A DNA stretch of 64,000 nucleotides from Bacteroidota bacterium (GCA_035635475.1 DASQAZ010000134.1:1249-65248); one strand, 5' to 3'. Counted from the stretch's first letter, positions 18,043 to 27,657 are shown. Translations and numbers: made by a program. Notes: a model not told the origin generated them from the letters alone.

Positions 18043-19158
18043 ATGAATCCATTTCCGGGGAAAGTCGCGCTCGTGCATGACTGGCTCGTCGGCATGAGAG
18101 GCGGTGAAAAGGTGCTGGAGGTTTTGTGCGAACTGTTCCCGCACGCAACGCTCTTTACGCTCGTGCACCGGGCCGGCAGCGTCGCTGCGTCGATCGAGCG
18201 CTTGCCCATCAGGACCTCTTTTATTCAGCATCTCCCGTTCGGCCGGAGTCATTACCGCTATTTCCTCCCCCTCTTTCCCTACGCCGCAGAAGGGCTTGAT
18301 GTCCGGGAATTCGACCTGGTGATATCGAGCAGTCACGCCGCGGCGAAGGGGGCCCGGGTCCGGGAGGGAGCTCTGCACGTGTGCTACTGCCATTCTCCGA
18401 TGCGATACATCTGGGATCAATATGAGCAGTATTTCGGCGCCGGGCGGGCGCCGTTCGCAGTCCGGAAGGGAATGAATTATTTTCTGGCCGGACTTCGACG
18501 GTGGGACGTCGAAACGGCGAAGGATGTTCGGCATTTTATAGCGAATTCCCGTGCGGTGCAGGCTCGCATATTGAAAATTTATGGACGGGAATCGACCGTG
18601 ATCTACCCCCCCGTCGATGTGAGCAGCTTCGAGCTCTCGTTGAAAGACGACGGCTACTTCCTGGCCGTCTCCGCCCTCGTCCCCTACAAGCGGCTCGATG
18701 TTGCGATCGAGGCATTCAACCGCCTGCGGAAACGCCTGGTCATCGTCGGGTCAGGCCCGGAAGAGCGCGCTCTCCGCGCGGTTGCCGGCGGGACAATCGA
18801 GTTCACCGGCTGGGTGGATGAGCGCGAGCTGAAGCGATACTACGGGGGCTGCCGGGCGCTGATCTTCCCGGGAGTCGAGGATTTCGGCATCGTGCCAGTT
18901 GAAGCGATGGCGTGCGGCAAGCCCGTCATCGCGTTGGCGAAGGGGGGAGCGCTCGAGACGGTCGTGGACGGGAAAACCGGAGTCTTCTTCTCTGATCAAA
19001 CCCCGGAATCCCTCGCCCATGCAGTCAATCAATTTGAGAAAATCAAATTTGACGGGCATGCGATGAGAGTACACGCATCCCAATTCAATAAAGAAATTTG
19101 TAAAAACCGGCTCTCGGCCCTCATCGACTCCGTGAGCGGAGTAGCGGCATCGAATTGA
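18043..19158 (+). CDS. GT4-family glycosyltransferase
   Basis: GT-B fold signature EDFGIVPVEAMACGKPVIA (E-x7-E). ATG at 18043 (MNPFPGKVALVHDWL) is preferred; the longer ORF-track N-terminus overlaps the divergent hydrolase gene. Confidence 0.85.
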   Translation: MNPFPGKVALVHDWLVGMRGGEKVLEVLCELFPHATLFTLVHRAGSVAASIERLPIRTSFIQHLPFGRSHYRYFLPLFPYAAEGLDVREFDLVISSSHAAAKGARVREGALHVCYCHSPMRYIWDQYEQYFGAGRAPFAVRKGMNYFLAGLRRWDVETAKDVRHFIANSRAVQARILKIYGRESTVIYPPVDVSSFELSLKDDGYFLAVSALVPYKRLDVAIEAFNRLRKRLVIVGSGPEERALRAVAGGTIEFTGWVDERELKRYYGGCRALIFPGVEDFGIVPVEAMACGKPVIALAKGGALETVVDGKTGVFFSDQTPESLAHAVNQFEKIKFDGHAMRVHASQFNKEICKNRLSALIDSVSGVAASN

Positions 19159-19169
19159 TATCGGAGTTC

Positions 19170-19198
19170 TTGATTTTCCAGGTTCAATTCTCTACATT
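19170..19198 (+). promoter_or_regulatory. Putative sigma70-type promoter of the patatin-archease-rtcB-helicase operon
   Basis: TTGATT (19170-19175), 17-nt spacer, TACATT (19193-19198). Shares the 11-mer TTCTCTACATT with the promoter at 12182-12210. Confidence 0.4.
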
Positions 19199-19231
19199 AC
19201 GAGCGGAGAATCCTTGCACAGTTCTTGTCTG

Positions 19232-21967
19232 ATGGAGCATCGGACCAGGCTCGTTGGCCGAGTCACCTTCCGGCTGTTGATTCCTTTCATTGTCCTCACT
19301 GCGTCCGCCCAAAACTCTTTTACCATACGGCCGACCGTCACGCCGGATCGCTTCCGGGGGATCTCCATGCACCGTGAGGAACAACCCGCCCGTCCAAAGG
19401 TCGGTCTTGTGTTGAGCGGCGGCGGTGGGCGCGGACTCGCCCAGATCGGTGTGCTCCGGGCGCTCGAAAGGCGCGGGATTCCGATCGATTTCATCGTCGG
19501 CAACAGCCTTGGCAGCGTGATCGGCGGGCTCTACTCGGCGGGATATTCCACGACGGCGATCGAGAGCATCGCGACCCACACGAACTGGAGCGAATTACTT
19601 TCCTTCTCGGGGGATACGAAGCGGACGGACCTGTTTGTGGGACAAAAACAGTCCGAAGAGGAAGGCTTCCTGCTTATCCGCTTCGACGGCCTTGCGCCGA
19701 TCATCCCTTCGGCCATTTCCACCGGCCAGCGGTTTTCAAATTTCTTCTCGTATCTGACGCTGCAGGCGGTCTATCATCCGAATCCCGGCTTTGACGATCT
19801 GAAGGTGCGGTTTCGCGCAACGGCGACCGATCTCCTCTCGGGCCGGCGCGTCGTCCTTGACCACGGCTCTCTGGCGGAAGCGATGAGGGCGAGCGTCACC
19901 GTTCCTCTCCTCTATTCCCCCCTCGAGCGTGATTCCATGTTTCTGGTGGACGGCGGACTGAAGTCGAATATCCCGGTCGATGTAGCACGATCGGCGGGCT
20001 GCGATGTCGTGATCGCGGTGAACTCCACCAGTTCTATGCGCGGCGCCGCTCAGTTGAATGCACCGTGGGAAATCGCGGATCAGATCATGACGATCATGAT
20101 GCAGGAGCCGAACGAGCGCCAGCTCGGCCTCGCCGACGTTGTCATTACTCCGGCCACGCGGGAGCGTGTCGTCTCCGATTTCTCGGGCGTCGATACGTTG
20201 ATCGCTGCGGGAGAGCTTGCCGGTGAACGGGCCATCGGCCCGATCCTCGATGCTCTCAAAAAGCGTATTCAGCAAAGCTCCCCGTTGTCGATGCAGCCCT
20301 TGAAGGCGCCCCAGGTCAGCTCAAGCGGTGATTCGTTGCCGGAGGGGATCAAAATCGAAATCTTGCGCGATGCCGGCACACGGACACTCTCCCCGCAAAG
20401 CATCGCCGGTTATGTCAATCGCCTCGCGGCGAGCGGGAGATATCGGGAAGTGTACGCCGGGGTCACCGAGGCGGCGAGCCCCGCGGAAGTGGTTTTCTAT
20501 CTCCGGCCGTATGCGCCGTTGGAGGAGGTAACTTTTACGGGGAACCATGCCCTTGCGGGCAAGCTGATTTCTGCAGAGCTCGACTCGGTGAAAGGCAGGG
20601 CGTTCGAGAATTCGGACCTGCAGGCGGTTCTCGAACGGATCATCAAGCTCTATCGGGTCCGAGGCTACTCGCTGGCACGGATCGATTCTCTGGATCTCGA
20701 CCGGGAACACGGACGGCTCCGGTTGAGAATCAATGAAGGGACGATCGCGCAGATCCGGTATGAGGGCAATGAACGGACGCGGGACTATGTCATCCGGCGC
20801 GAATTTCCTCTCGATGAGGGCGATATATTCAGGATCGATCAGGCCTCCCACGGCATTGTCAATATCAAGAGCACGGGTCTCTTCGACTACGTATTGCTCG
20901 ATGTGCGATACCGCGGGAACGAACCGGTCGTCGTCCTCAAAGTGAAAGAAAGCAGCTCGTCGGTTCTTCGCCTCGGCCTCCACGCCGACAACGAACACAG
21001 TCTGGTCAGCACGGTTGATATTCACGACGCCAATTTTCGCGGGGCGTGGGAGGACCTGGGACTCACCATGCGGTACGGATATCGGGACCGTGGAATCCGT
21101 CTCGGTTACACGATCAACAGGATCTTTAACACATACTTCACATTCAATACGCAAGGATATTTTTCCTCCCGGGATGTCATCACGTACCGCGACGATCCCG
21201 CCCCCACAGGGGCGGATTGGGACCGGATCGAGTTGGGCCGTTACAAAGTAAATAAGTACGGATGGGCGCTCGCCTTCGGCAGCCGGTTTGAGCGCTTCGG
21301 GGACGTCAGCGCCGAACTGCGCGTTGAAAATCATCAGATCCGGGAGATGAGCGGCGAGGGCTACGTGCCTGAACGGTACCGCTTCGTTTCCTTGAGACTC
21401 AAGAGCACCGTCGACACCGAGAACAAGTTCCATTTTCCGACCTCGGGAATGTTCCTCGAGCTTTCGTACGAAACCGCCCTCCGAAACCTCGGGAGCGAGG
21501 TGGGGTTCGGAAAAGTCGGAGTCACCTACGAATCGTACTTCACCTTTCTTCCCCGTCATACCGTCCGCCCGAAAATAACTGTCGGATTCGCCGATGCGAC
21601 GCTCCCATTGGCCGAGCAGTTCACGGTCGGCGGCTTCGACTCGTTTCTCGGACTCAGGGAGGACGACAGTTACGGGAGACAGTTATTCGTCGTCAACGTG
21701 GAATACCGCTATTGGCTTCCGTTCAAAGTGATCTTCGAGACCTACATCAAGGCGCGATACGACCTCGGAACGATCTCCCTTATCCCGGAGGAACTGAAGT
21801 TCAACAGCTTCCGGCACGGCCTCGGTGTCGGCGTTGCGCTCGACACCCCGCTCGGCGAGACTTCGCTCGGGGCAGGCAGGAGTTTTTATCTGAACGCGGG
21901 AGGCGGGAATTCCTCCGTCAGCCTTGGCCCGATTTTATTTTATTTCTCGGTCGGGCCGAGATTGTGA
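19232..21967 (+). CDS. Patatin-like phospholipase fused to POTRA and an Omp85/BamA-type beta-barrel (PlpD-like, type Vd secretion architecture)
   Basis: Signal peptide; patatin oxyanion GGGGRG, nucleophile GNSLGS, and DGG catalytic Asp motif (FLVDGGL). The C-terminal half has POTRA-like and surface-antigen (D15) barrel character. Confidence 0.85.
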   Translation: MEHRTRLVGRVTFRLLIPFIVLTASAQNSFTIRPTVTPDRFRGISMHREEQPARPKVGLVLSGGGGRGLAQIGVLRALERRGIPIDFIVGNSLGSVIGGLYSAGYSTTAIESIATHTNWSELLSFSGDTKRTDLFVGQKQSEEEGFLLIRFDGLAPIIPSAISTGQRFSNFFSYLTLQAVYHPNPGFDDLKVRFRATATDLLSGRRVVLDHGSLAEAMRASVTVPLLYSPLERDSMFLVDGGLKSNIPVDVARSAGCDVVIAVNSTSSMRGAAQLNAPWEIADQIMTIMMQEPNERQLGLADVVITPATRERVVSDFSGVDTLIAAGELAGERAIGPILDALKKRIQQSSPLSMQPLKAPQVSSSGDSLPEGIKIEILRDAGTRTLSPQSIAGYVNRLAASGRYREVYAGVTEAASPAEVVFYLRPYAPLEEVTFTGNHALAGKLISAELDSVKGRAFENSDLQAVLERIIKLYRVRGYSLARIDSLDLDREHGRLRLRINEGTIAQIRYEGNERTRDYVIRREFPLDEGDIFRIDQASHGIVNIKSTGLFDYVLLDVRYRGNEPVVVLKVKESSSSVLRLGLHADNEHSLVSTVDIHDANFRGAWEDLGLTMRYGYRDRGIRLGYTINRIFNTYFTFNTQGYFSSRDVITYRDDPAPTGADWDRIELGRYKVNKYGWALAFGSRFERFGDVSAELRVENHQIREMSGEGYVPERYRFVSLRLKSTVDTENKFHFPTSGMFLELSYETALRNLGSEVGFGKVGVTYESYFTFLPRHTVRPKITVGFADATLPLAEQFTVGGFDSFLGLREDDSYGRQLFVVNVEYRYWLPFKVIFETYIKARYDLGTISLIPEELKFNSFRHGLGVGVALDTPLGETSLGAGRSFYLNAGGGNSSVSLGPILFYFSVGPRL

Positions 21968-22383
21968 GGGCCGGCTATACGATCCTCGAACACCCGTCGG
22001 ATCTTGGAATTGAGGCCAGGGGGAGGACCCTTCCAGAATTGTTTCAACGGGCGGCAACCGCGCTCTGCTCCATCATCGTTGAGCTTGAAACGGTACGTGT
22101 CAGGGAGCAGAGAGAGGTTGTCATCACCGCGTCTGACAGAGAGCAACTCTTCGTCCGTTGGCTGACGGAGATCCTGTATCTCTATGACGGGACCGGTTTC
22201 GTCTGCAAGGATTTTAGAGTCGAGAGTCTGTCGAGCACGAACCTGAAGGCGACGGTTCTCGGAGAGGCCCTCAGACCCTCCATCCACAGCAGGCTCCTGG
22301 ATGTCAAGGCCGTAACCTACCATCAATTGAGTGTGCGCCAACACGACGAAGGATGGGTGGCGCGGGTGTTTCTCGATATCTGA
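21964..22383 (+). CDS. Archease (RtcB activator)
   Basis: GTG at 21964 gives VRAGYTILEHPSDLGIEARG...VKAVTYHQLSV...ARVFLDI, the typical archease N- and C-terminal pattern, about 140 aa. 4-nt GTGA overlap with the upstream stop. Confidence 0.8.
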   Translation: MRAGYTILEHPSDLGIEARGRTLPELFQRAATALCSIIVELETVRVREQREVVITASDREQLFVRWLTEILYLYDGTGFVCKDFRVESLSSTNLKATVLGEALRPSIHSRLLDVKAVTYHQLSVRQHDEGWVARVFLDI

Positions 22384-22422
22384 TCCCGCAAAGCGGAATC
22401 CGGAAATCCCTCAAATCGCGTC

Positions 22423-23847
22423 ATGGTAAAGAAGATCGATCAGTATCGCTTTGTCATACCGAAGACGTACAAGCCCGGGATGAACGTCGAGGGTCTCATC
22501 TATGCCGATGATGAGCTCATCAAACAAATTGAGCGGGATCAGACGAAGGATCAGGTAGCGAATGTCGCAACGCTCAGGGGCCTTGTCGGTCGTTCGCTCG
22601 CCATGCCCGATGCTCATCAGGGTTATGGCTTCTGCATCGGGGGCGTCGCGGCGGCAGATCTCGAAGAGGGCGTGGTTTCGGCCGGCGGCGTGGGATTCGA
22701 CATCAATTGCGGCGTCCGGCTGCTCGCGGCACCATTTGCCGTCGATGATGTGCGGGGGAAGCTCGATCAGCTTCTCAATCAATTGTTCCGGGATATCCCC
22801 TGCGGAACCGGACGCAAAGGGCCTGTGGAAATCTCGCGGTCCGAATTGGATCTCGTCCTCAAAGACGGCGCGCGGTGGGCGGTGCGGAACGGACACGGAA
22901 AGGAACCGGATCTCAATCGGATCGAGGATTACGGGGCCCTTCCCGAGGCCGAACCCGCCCTCGTGAGCGAGCGCGCCAAAGACCGGGGCCAGCATCAGCT
23001 CGGCACCCTGGGGTCGGGGAATCACTTTCTTGAAATTCAGGCGGTCGACGAGGTGTTCGAGCCCGGCGTCGCGGGCACGTTCGGGATTCAGAAGGGTCAG
23101 GTTGTCGTTCTCATGCACAGCGGCTCGCGGGGCCTGGGACATCAAGTCTGCACCGATTTCCTGGATCTCATGCAAGCGGGGATGAAAAAGTACGGCCTGT
23201 CGGTCATCGACCGCCAGCTTGCCTGCGTGCCCATTTCTTCCCGGGAAGGGAGGTCATATCTCGGCGCCATGGCCGCGGCGGCAAACTTTGCGTTCGCGAA
23301 CCGCCAGATGATGACGCACCGGGCCCGCGAGGCGTTCCGCCGCGTCCTGGGCAGCGGGGATCTGAGGATCGTGTATGATGTGTGCCATAATATCGCCAAA
23401 ATTGAAACGCACGAGGTCGACGGCACCCTGAAACGTGTGTTGGTTCACCGGAAGGGAGCCACGCGCTCCTTCCCGGCAGGACATCCCGTTCTTCCCGAGG
23501 AGCTGCGCGGCGCCGGGCAGCCCGTCCTGATCCCCGGGAGTATGGGGACTTCATCCTACGTTCTGGTCGGAACGGAGCAGGCGATGAAGGAAACATTCGG
23601 CTCGTCGTGCCATGGCGCGGGACGAGCGATGAGCCGCACGCAGGCGCGGCGCGAAACGACGGCGGATGAACTATTGAGCGAAATGAAGGAGAAAGGAATT
23701 CTTGTGAGAGGCGAGACTCGCTCCGGCCTCGTGGAGGAAAAACCGGATGCCTACAAAGATGTAAGCCGCGTCGTCGACGTCGTCCAGGGGGCCGGGATCG
23801 CGCGAAAGGTCGCAAAGCTCGTGCCTCTCGCGGTCATGAAAGGATGA
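22423..23847 (+). CDS. rtcB: RNA-splicing ligase RtcB (3'-phosphate/5'-hydroxy nucleic acid ligase)
   Basis: Conserved RtcB metal and GMP motifs: MPDAHQGYGF, GGVGFDINCG, GSGNHFLEIQ, HSGSRGLGHQ, SSCHGAGR. Confidence 0.95.
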   Translation: MVKKIDQYRFVIPKTYKPGMNVEGLIYADDELIKQIERDQTKDQVANVATLRGLVGRSLAMPDAHQGYGFCIGGVAAADLEEGVVSAGGVGFDINCGVRLLAAPFAVDDVRGKLDQLLNQLFRDIPCGTGRKGPVEISRSELDLVLKDGARWAVRNGHGKEPDLNRIEDYGALPEAEPALVSERAKDRGQHQLGTLGSGNHFLEIQAVDEVFEPGVAGTFGIQKGQVVVLMHSGSRGLGHQVCTDFLDLMQAGMKKYGLSVIDRQLACVPISSREGRSYLGAMAAAANFAFANRQMMTHRAREAFRRVLGSGDLRIVYDVCHNIAKIETHEVDGTLKRVLVHRKGATRSFPAGHPVLPEELRGAGQPVLIPGSMGTSSYVLVGTEQAMKETFGSSCHGAGRAMSRTQARRETTADELLSEMKEKGILVRGETRSGLVEEKPDAYKDVSRVVDVVQGAGIARKVAKLVPLAVMKG

Positions 23848-26800
23848 ACAGGATGTTGACCGACCATCAAAAAAGAGCCCTCCAGCACGAACGCCATCTT
23901 TCGGTCACGGCAAACGCCGGAGCCGGAAAGACGACCGTCCTTGTCCAGCGATTCATTGAGATTCTGATCCGGACCCGCGAGCCGGTAAGCAGGCTTGTGG
24001 CGATCACATTTACCGAGAACGCGGCGGGAGAGTTGAGAAAACGGATCGCCGATCTCATCGAACTTAAATTAGAGCAAGGCAACGAGGAGGAGACACAGCT
24101 CCTCGAGCGCGCAAGAGACGAGCTCTCTTCCGCAAATATCGGGACAATCCATTCGTTCTGCGCACACCTGCTGCGGGAATATCCGGTCGAAGCGGACGTT
24201 GACGCCTCCTTCACGGTCATCGAGGGTGTGGACCGTGAGCTCCTCCTGCAGGAATCGCTCCGGGAAACTCTTCAGGCCCTCTTGTCGGAGCATGCAGATG
24301 CCGGCGATCGGGAGGGGTTGCTTACTGTGTTGCGGCTGCTGGGTCGAAGAAAGGTGTTTCGGTACTTAGAGCACTGGCTGAAAAAAAGGGAGCTTATCGA
24401 CCGGATGACGGAGCCCGACGGCTGCATGGCCGACCACCTCTCCGACGCCGACATTCTTAACATGCGGCAGCGGATGGTTCAAGAAGAATTGGCGCAGTCG
24501 GCCGGGCAACCCGAATGGAGGGAAGCGTTGGGGAGGCTCGTGAAGCAGGGATCGGGGAAAAAAGCCGGTGAACTATCGGCCTTGCTGTCGAGCTGGGGGA
24601 GCCTGACCTCACAGGAAGAGAAGATACGGTGGTATCAGGAGTTATGCCCGATTGTTTTCACATCGTCAGGATCATTGCGCAGAGATTGGACCGGCCCGCA
24701 GGCCGCGGCCTGGGACGAAGGGGAGGATGCGGCGATTCTCCATGCTCATTGGAGGAGTTCCGATGGAGTACGGAGCACTTTTGACCCCGGTGCGGAGCAA
24801 CTTATGCTCCGGCTGGTCCGGATTCTACTGAACCTCTATCGGAAAACGCTGGATTCGTATGACTCACGGAAATCAGAATTCGGACAATTGGACTTCGACG
24901 ATTTGCAGATTAAAACGCGTGAGCTTCTCCGTCGCGAGCATATCCGAAAGGAGCTGGCCGAAAGATTTCGTTTTATAATGATTGACGAATATCAGGACAC
25001 CGACCAATTGCAATACGAAATCCTGAGGCTCCTGATTTCTGATTTTAGATCCGGCAACCTGTTCATTGTCGGAGATCCGAAGCAATCGATTTTCCGATTT
25101 CGGAATGCGGAAGTGCGGGTATTTGAGGAGACCAAGAAAGCAATCGCGGCCGCATCCGGAGCCGGCCTGGAAAACGATGTTTCTCTTGCGGAAAGCTTTC
25201 GCCTCCTTACCGGCCCGGCGGATTTTGTCAACCGTGTCTTCTCCGGAATAATGGGCGGAGCACGCCCAAGCCCTGAAATCAGGCATGAGGAGCTGATCAA
25301 GGGACGGTCGAACAACGCCGAGGGGAAGGTGGAAATGCTCCTTGTCGAAGAAGGCGTGAGCGACCAGGTAACCGACGGTATTGCGATCGAGTGCCGGATG
25401 ATTGCACAACGGGTAACAAAGATGGTCGAGAGGAAGGAAATCGTCTATGAGGGGGCGAGGGAGACTCCTCGGCCGATCAAGTTTAACGATGTCGCCATTC
25501 TTCTCCGGGGCCGCACGCACCTCCGGGCGCTGGAAATAGCCCTCGCAGAGCATGGCATACCCTATGTTCTTTCAGCAGGAATCGGATTCTATCAAACTCA
25601 GGAAATCCTCGACTTTCTTTCATTGTTCAAGTTCCTCCTGAACCCCGAGGATGATGTCGCCCTCGTGGCTCTGCTCCGTTCCCCCTTCTTTGCCATTCCC
25701 GACTCCCTGCTCTTTGAGGTGTCGCGCGAGACGCGGGAAGAAACATTCTGGGGTAAAATGAACCGGTATGCGGCTCACCATCGGGATGCGATGCTTGTCC
25801 GAGCAGCTTCAATTCTCAGGGAAGATCTCGAGCTTGCCAACCGGCTGTCCATACCCTCGCTCGTTGAACGAATCCTCCTACAAACCGGCTGGCATGGAAC
25901 TGTCTCCGGATTACCCTTCGGGGGCCAGAATGTCGCCAACATCGACAAGCTGCTCCGGATAGCGCGTGATTTTGAGGCGAGAGGATTCAACTCACTCTTT
26001 GATTTCGCGGAGCGCCTCAAAACCCTCGCCGATCACGAACGGCATGAAGGGCAGGCGCCGCCGGAAATCGCGCAGAACTGCGTCCAGATCCTGACAATCC
26101 ATGGAGCCAAGGGATTGGAGTTTCCTGTGGTGTTCATCCCGTTTCTCGATCAGAAGTTTCAATATGATGCTTCTCCGTTTCTCGATTCCCGCATGGGAAT
26201 CGCCTTCAAATCGCCCGACCCCTCCGATCCGGCGCAAGAGCGGAGCACCCCCTTCTTTGAATTGCTCAGGCGTGACAGCATCCGGAAGACCGAAGCCGAG
26301 GAAAAAAGGATTCTCTATGTGGCGTGCACCCGGTCCCGCGACGTCCTTGTTCTCTCGGGCCAGCTCAATGGCAAGATTTCACAACCATCGTACCTCGGGT
26401 GGATCCTGGATGGGCTCAGATTGGACCCCCGGTCAATCCGCCAGGGCGACACCGTCCTTCCAGAGGCCCCCTTGAAGGTCATGGAATGGTCGAACGGCTC
26501 CGGTAAGGTCAGAGAAAAGCCTCATGCGCTGGCGCTCTCGATTGCTCTGGAAGGGCGTCTTCCGGGCATCAGGCCCTTCATAGCCGATCGTGGAGAAGCC
26601 AATTTTCGCCTGCCGGAACTCTGGATCGAACCGGTCGAGGGAACAGTGCTCGGCGAGGTTTTTTCTGCTTCGCAAATCAAAACCTATCTGGAGTGCCCGA
26701 CAAAGTACTATCTTAGATACCGGCTCGGCCTGCCAGAGACCCGTGCGCTGCCCAGCCTTCATGAAGAATCGGATGACGAGTCCGAGGGGGAGCTTGAAGG

Positions 26801-27419
26801 GTCCCTGACGCACCTTATCCTGCGGGATATTCAATCAAACGTCATTACCACCGGCGAGGTCGAAGAGAGGGCGCGCCGCCTGGTTTTCAATACTCCAATG
26901 CTGGCTCCGGAAGAGCGGGAACGCGCGAACGCGGCGGTCGTGCGGAACGTAACAAGTTTTCTCCATTCCGGCTTCGGGAGAGAAGTGCTTTCAGCAGCGG
27001 AAACAAAGACAGAATTCACTGTTAACTCTGTCCTGGGGGAAGACTTTGTAACCGGAACCATCGACCGCTTGTACCGCGACGCGAGCGGAATTTGGCATAT
27101 ACTTGATTATAAAACAGATGGGATCACGAGGGAGGATGTGAGTCCCCGCTCGGAATTGTATAGGCCGCAGCTGGCTGTTTACGCCTGGCTTATCCAGAGG
27201 GCGTATCGGCAGGAATCGGTGCGCGCTTCGCTCCTGTTCCTTCAGCACCCGTCATCGCCGGTCCATTTCATCTTTGGTCCCGCTGAAACCCGCCGGGATG
27301 AGCTAATCTTCCGCGACGTAATCGGCCGGGTAAAGTCGGGGCAGTTCGACCGGAAGATCCAAATCTGCAGAACCTGCACCTATCGTTCGGGAGACGACTG
27401 CCTGCTCCGGCCCGGATAA
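23844..27419 (+). CDS. UvrD/AddA-type superfamily-1 helicase fused to a PD-(D/E)XK nuclease with AddB/Cas4-type four-Cys cluster
   Basis: Helicase motifs ANAGAGKTT, IGTIHSFC, MIDEYQDTD, VGDPKQSIFRFRNA, VACTRSRD. C-terminal nuclease motifs GTIDRLY, ILDYKTD, QLAVYA. Cysteines at YLECPTKYY and CRTCTYRSGDDC. ATGA overlap with the rtcB stop. Confidence 0.88.
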   Translation: MNRMLTDHQKRALQHERHLSVTANAGAGKTTVLVQRFIEILIRTREPVSRLVAITFTENAAGELRKRIADLIELKLEQGNEEETQLLERARDELSSANIGTIHSFCAHLLREYPVEADVDASFTVIEGVDRELLLQESLRETLQALLSEHADAGDREGLLTVLRLLGRRKVFRYLEHWLKKRELIDRMTEPDGCMADHLSDADILNMRQRMVQEELAQSAGQPEWREALGRLVKQGSGKKAGELSALLSSWGSLTSQEEKIRWYQELCPIVFTSSGSLRRDWTGPQAAAWDEGEDAAILHAHWRSSDGVRSTFDPGAEQLMLRLVRILLNLYRKTLDSYDSRKSEFGQLDFDDLQIKTRELLRREHIRKELAERFRFIMIDEYQDTDQLQYEILRLLISDFRSGNLFIVGDPKQSIFRFRNAEVRVFEETKKAIAAASGAGLENDVSLAESFRLLTGPADFVNRVFSGIMGGARPSPEIRHEELIKGRSNNAEGKVEMLLVEEGVSDQVTDGIAIECRMIAQRVTKMVERKEIVYEGARETPRPIKFNDVAILLRGRTHLRALEIALAEHGIPYVLSAGIGFYQTQEILDFLSLFKFLLNPEDDVALVALLRSPFFAIPDSLLFEVSRETREETFWGKMNRYAAHHRDAMLVRAASILREDLELANRLSIPSLVERILLQTGWHGTVSGLPFGGQNVANIDKLLRIARDFEARGFNSLFDFAERLKTLADHERHEGQAPPEIAQNCVQILTIHGAKGLEFPVVFIPFLDQKFQYDASPFLDSRMGIAFKSPDPSDPAQERSTPFFELLRRDSIRKTEAEEKRILYVACTRSRDVLVLSGQLNGKISQPSYLGWILDGLRLDPRSIRQGDTVLPEAPLKVMEWSNGSGKVREKPHALALSIALEGRLPGIRPFIADRGEANFRLPELWIEPVEGTVLGEVFSASQIKTYLECPTKYYLRYRLGLPETRALPSLHEESDDESEGELEGSLTHLILRDIQSNVITTGEVEERARRLVFNTPMLAPEERERANAAVVRNVTSFLHSGFGREVLSAAETKTEFTVNSVLGEDFVTGTIDRLYRDASGIWHILDYKTDGITREDVSPRSELYRPQLAVYAWLIQRAYRQESVRASLLFLQHPSSPVHFIFGPAETRRDELIFRDVIGRVKSGQFDRKIQICRTCTYRSGDDCLLRPG

Positions 27420-27628
27420 GCGCCCCATTCGACCGAAATTCATCGTTTGGAGCCATCGGGTGTTTGGCTTCATTCCTGATCTCCCAACCCCATGTGGATA
27501 TCTTGTGAGAATATCCTGAATTCTGCACGATTTCGACCTTTTCCTGCTTGATAGGTTGTGGAAAACGAATTTCGATATACATGACACAGGCTTTATGAAC
27601 TTACCTCAAGCCTTCCTTAAAAAATATC

Positions 27629-27657
27629 TTGCATCTTATTATAGAATTACGTATGCT
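27629..27657 (+). promoter_or_regulatory. Putative sigma70-type promoter of the hybrid histidine kinase gene
   Basis: TTGCAT (27629-27634), 17-nt spacer, TATGCT (27652-27657), in an AT-rich stretch 60 nt upstream of the ATG at 27717. Confidence 0.3.

Noticed and set aside
19181-19192. GGTTCAATTCTC resembling a tRNA T-arm/T-loop
   Set aside because: The flanking sequence cannot form the T-stem, acceptor stem or anticodon arm. It is better explained as the promoter spacer and -10 region.
20321-21559. 412-aa minus-strand ORF
   Set aside because: It is antisense to the patatin-Omp85 gene, has no recognisable domain, and appears to be a GC-driven open frame.
21712-21963. N-terminal 84 codons of the ORF-track entry 21712-22383
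   Set aside because: This part lies inside the patatin-Omp85 gene in another frame and is Arg/Pro-rich. Archease homology begins exactly at the GTG at 21964.
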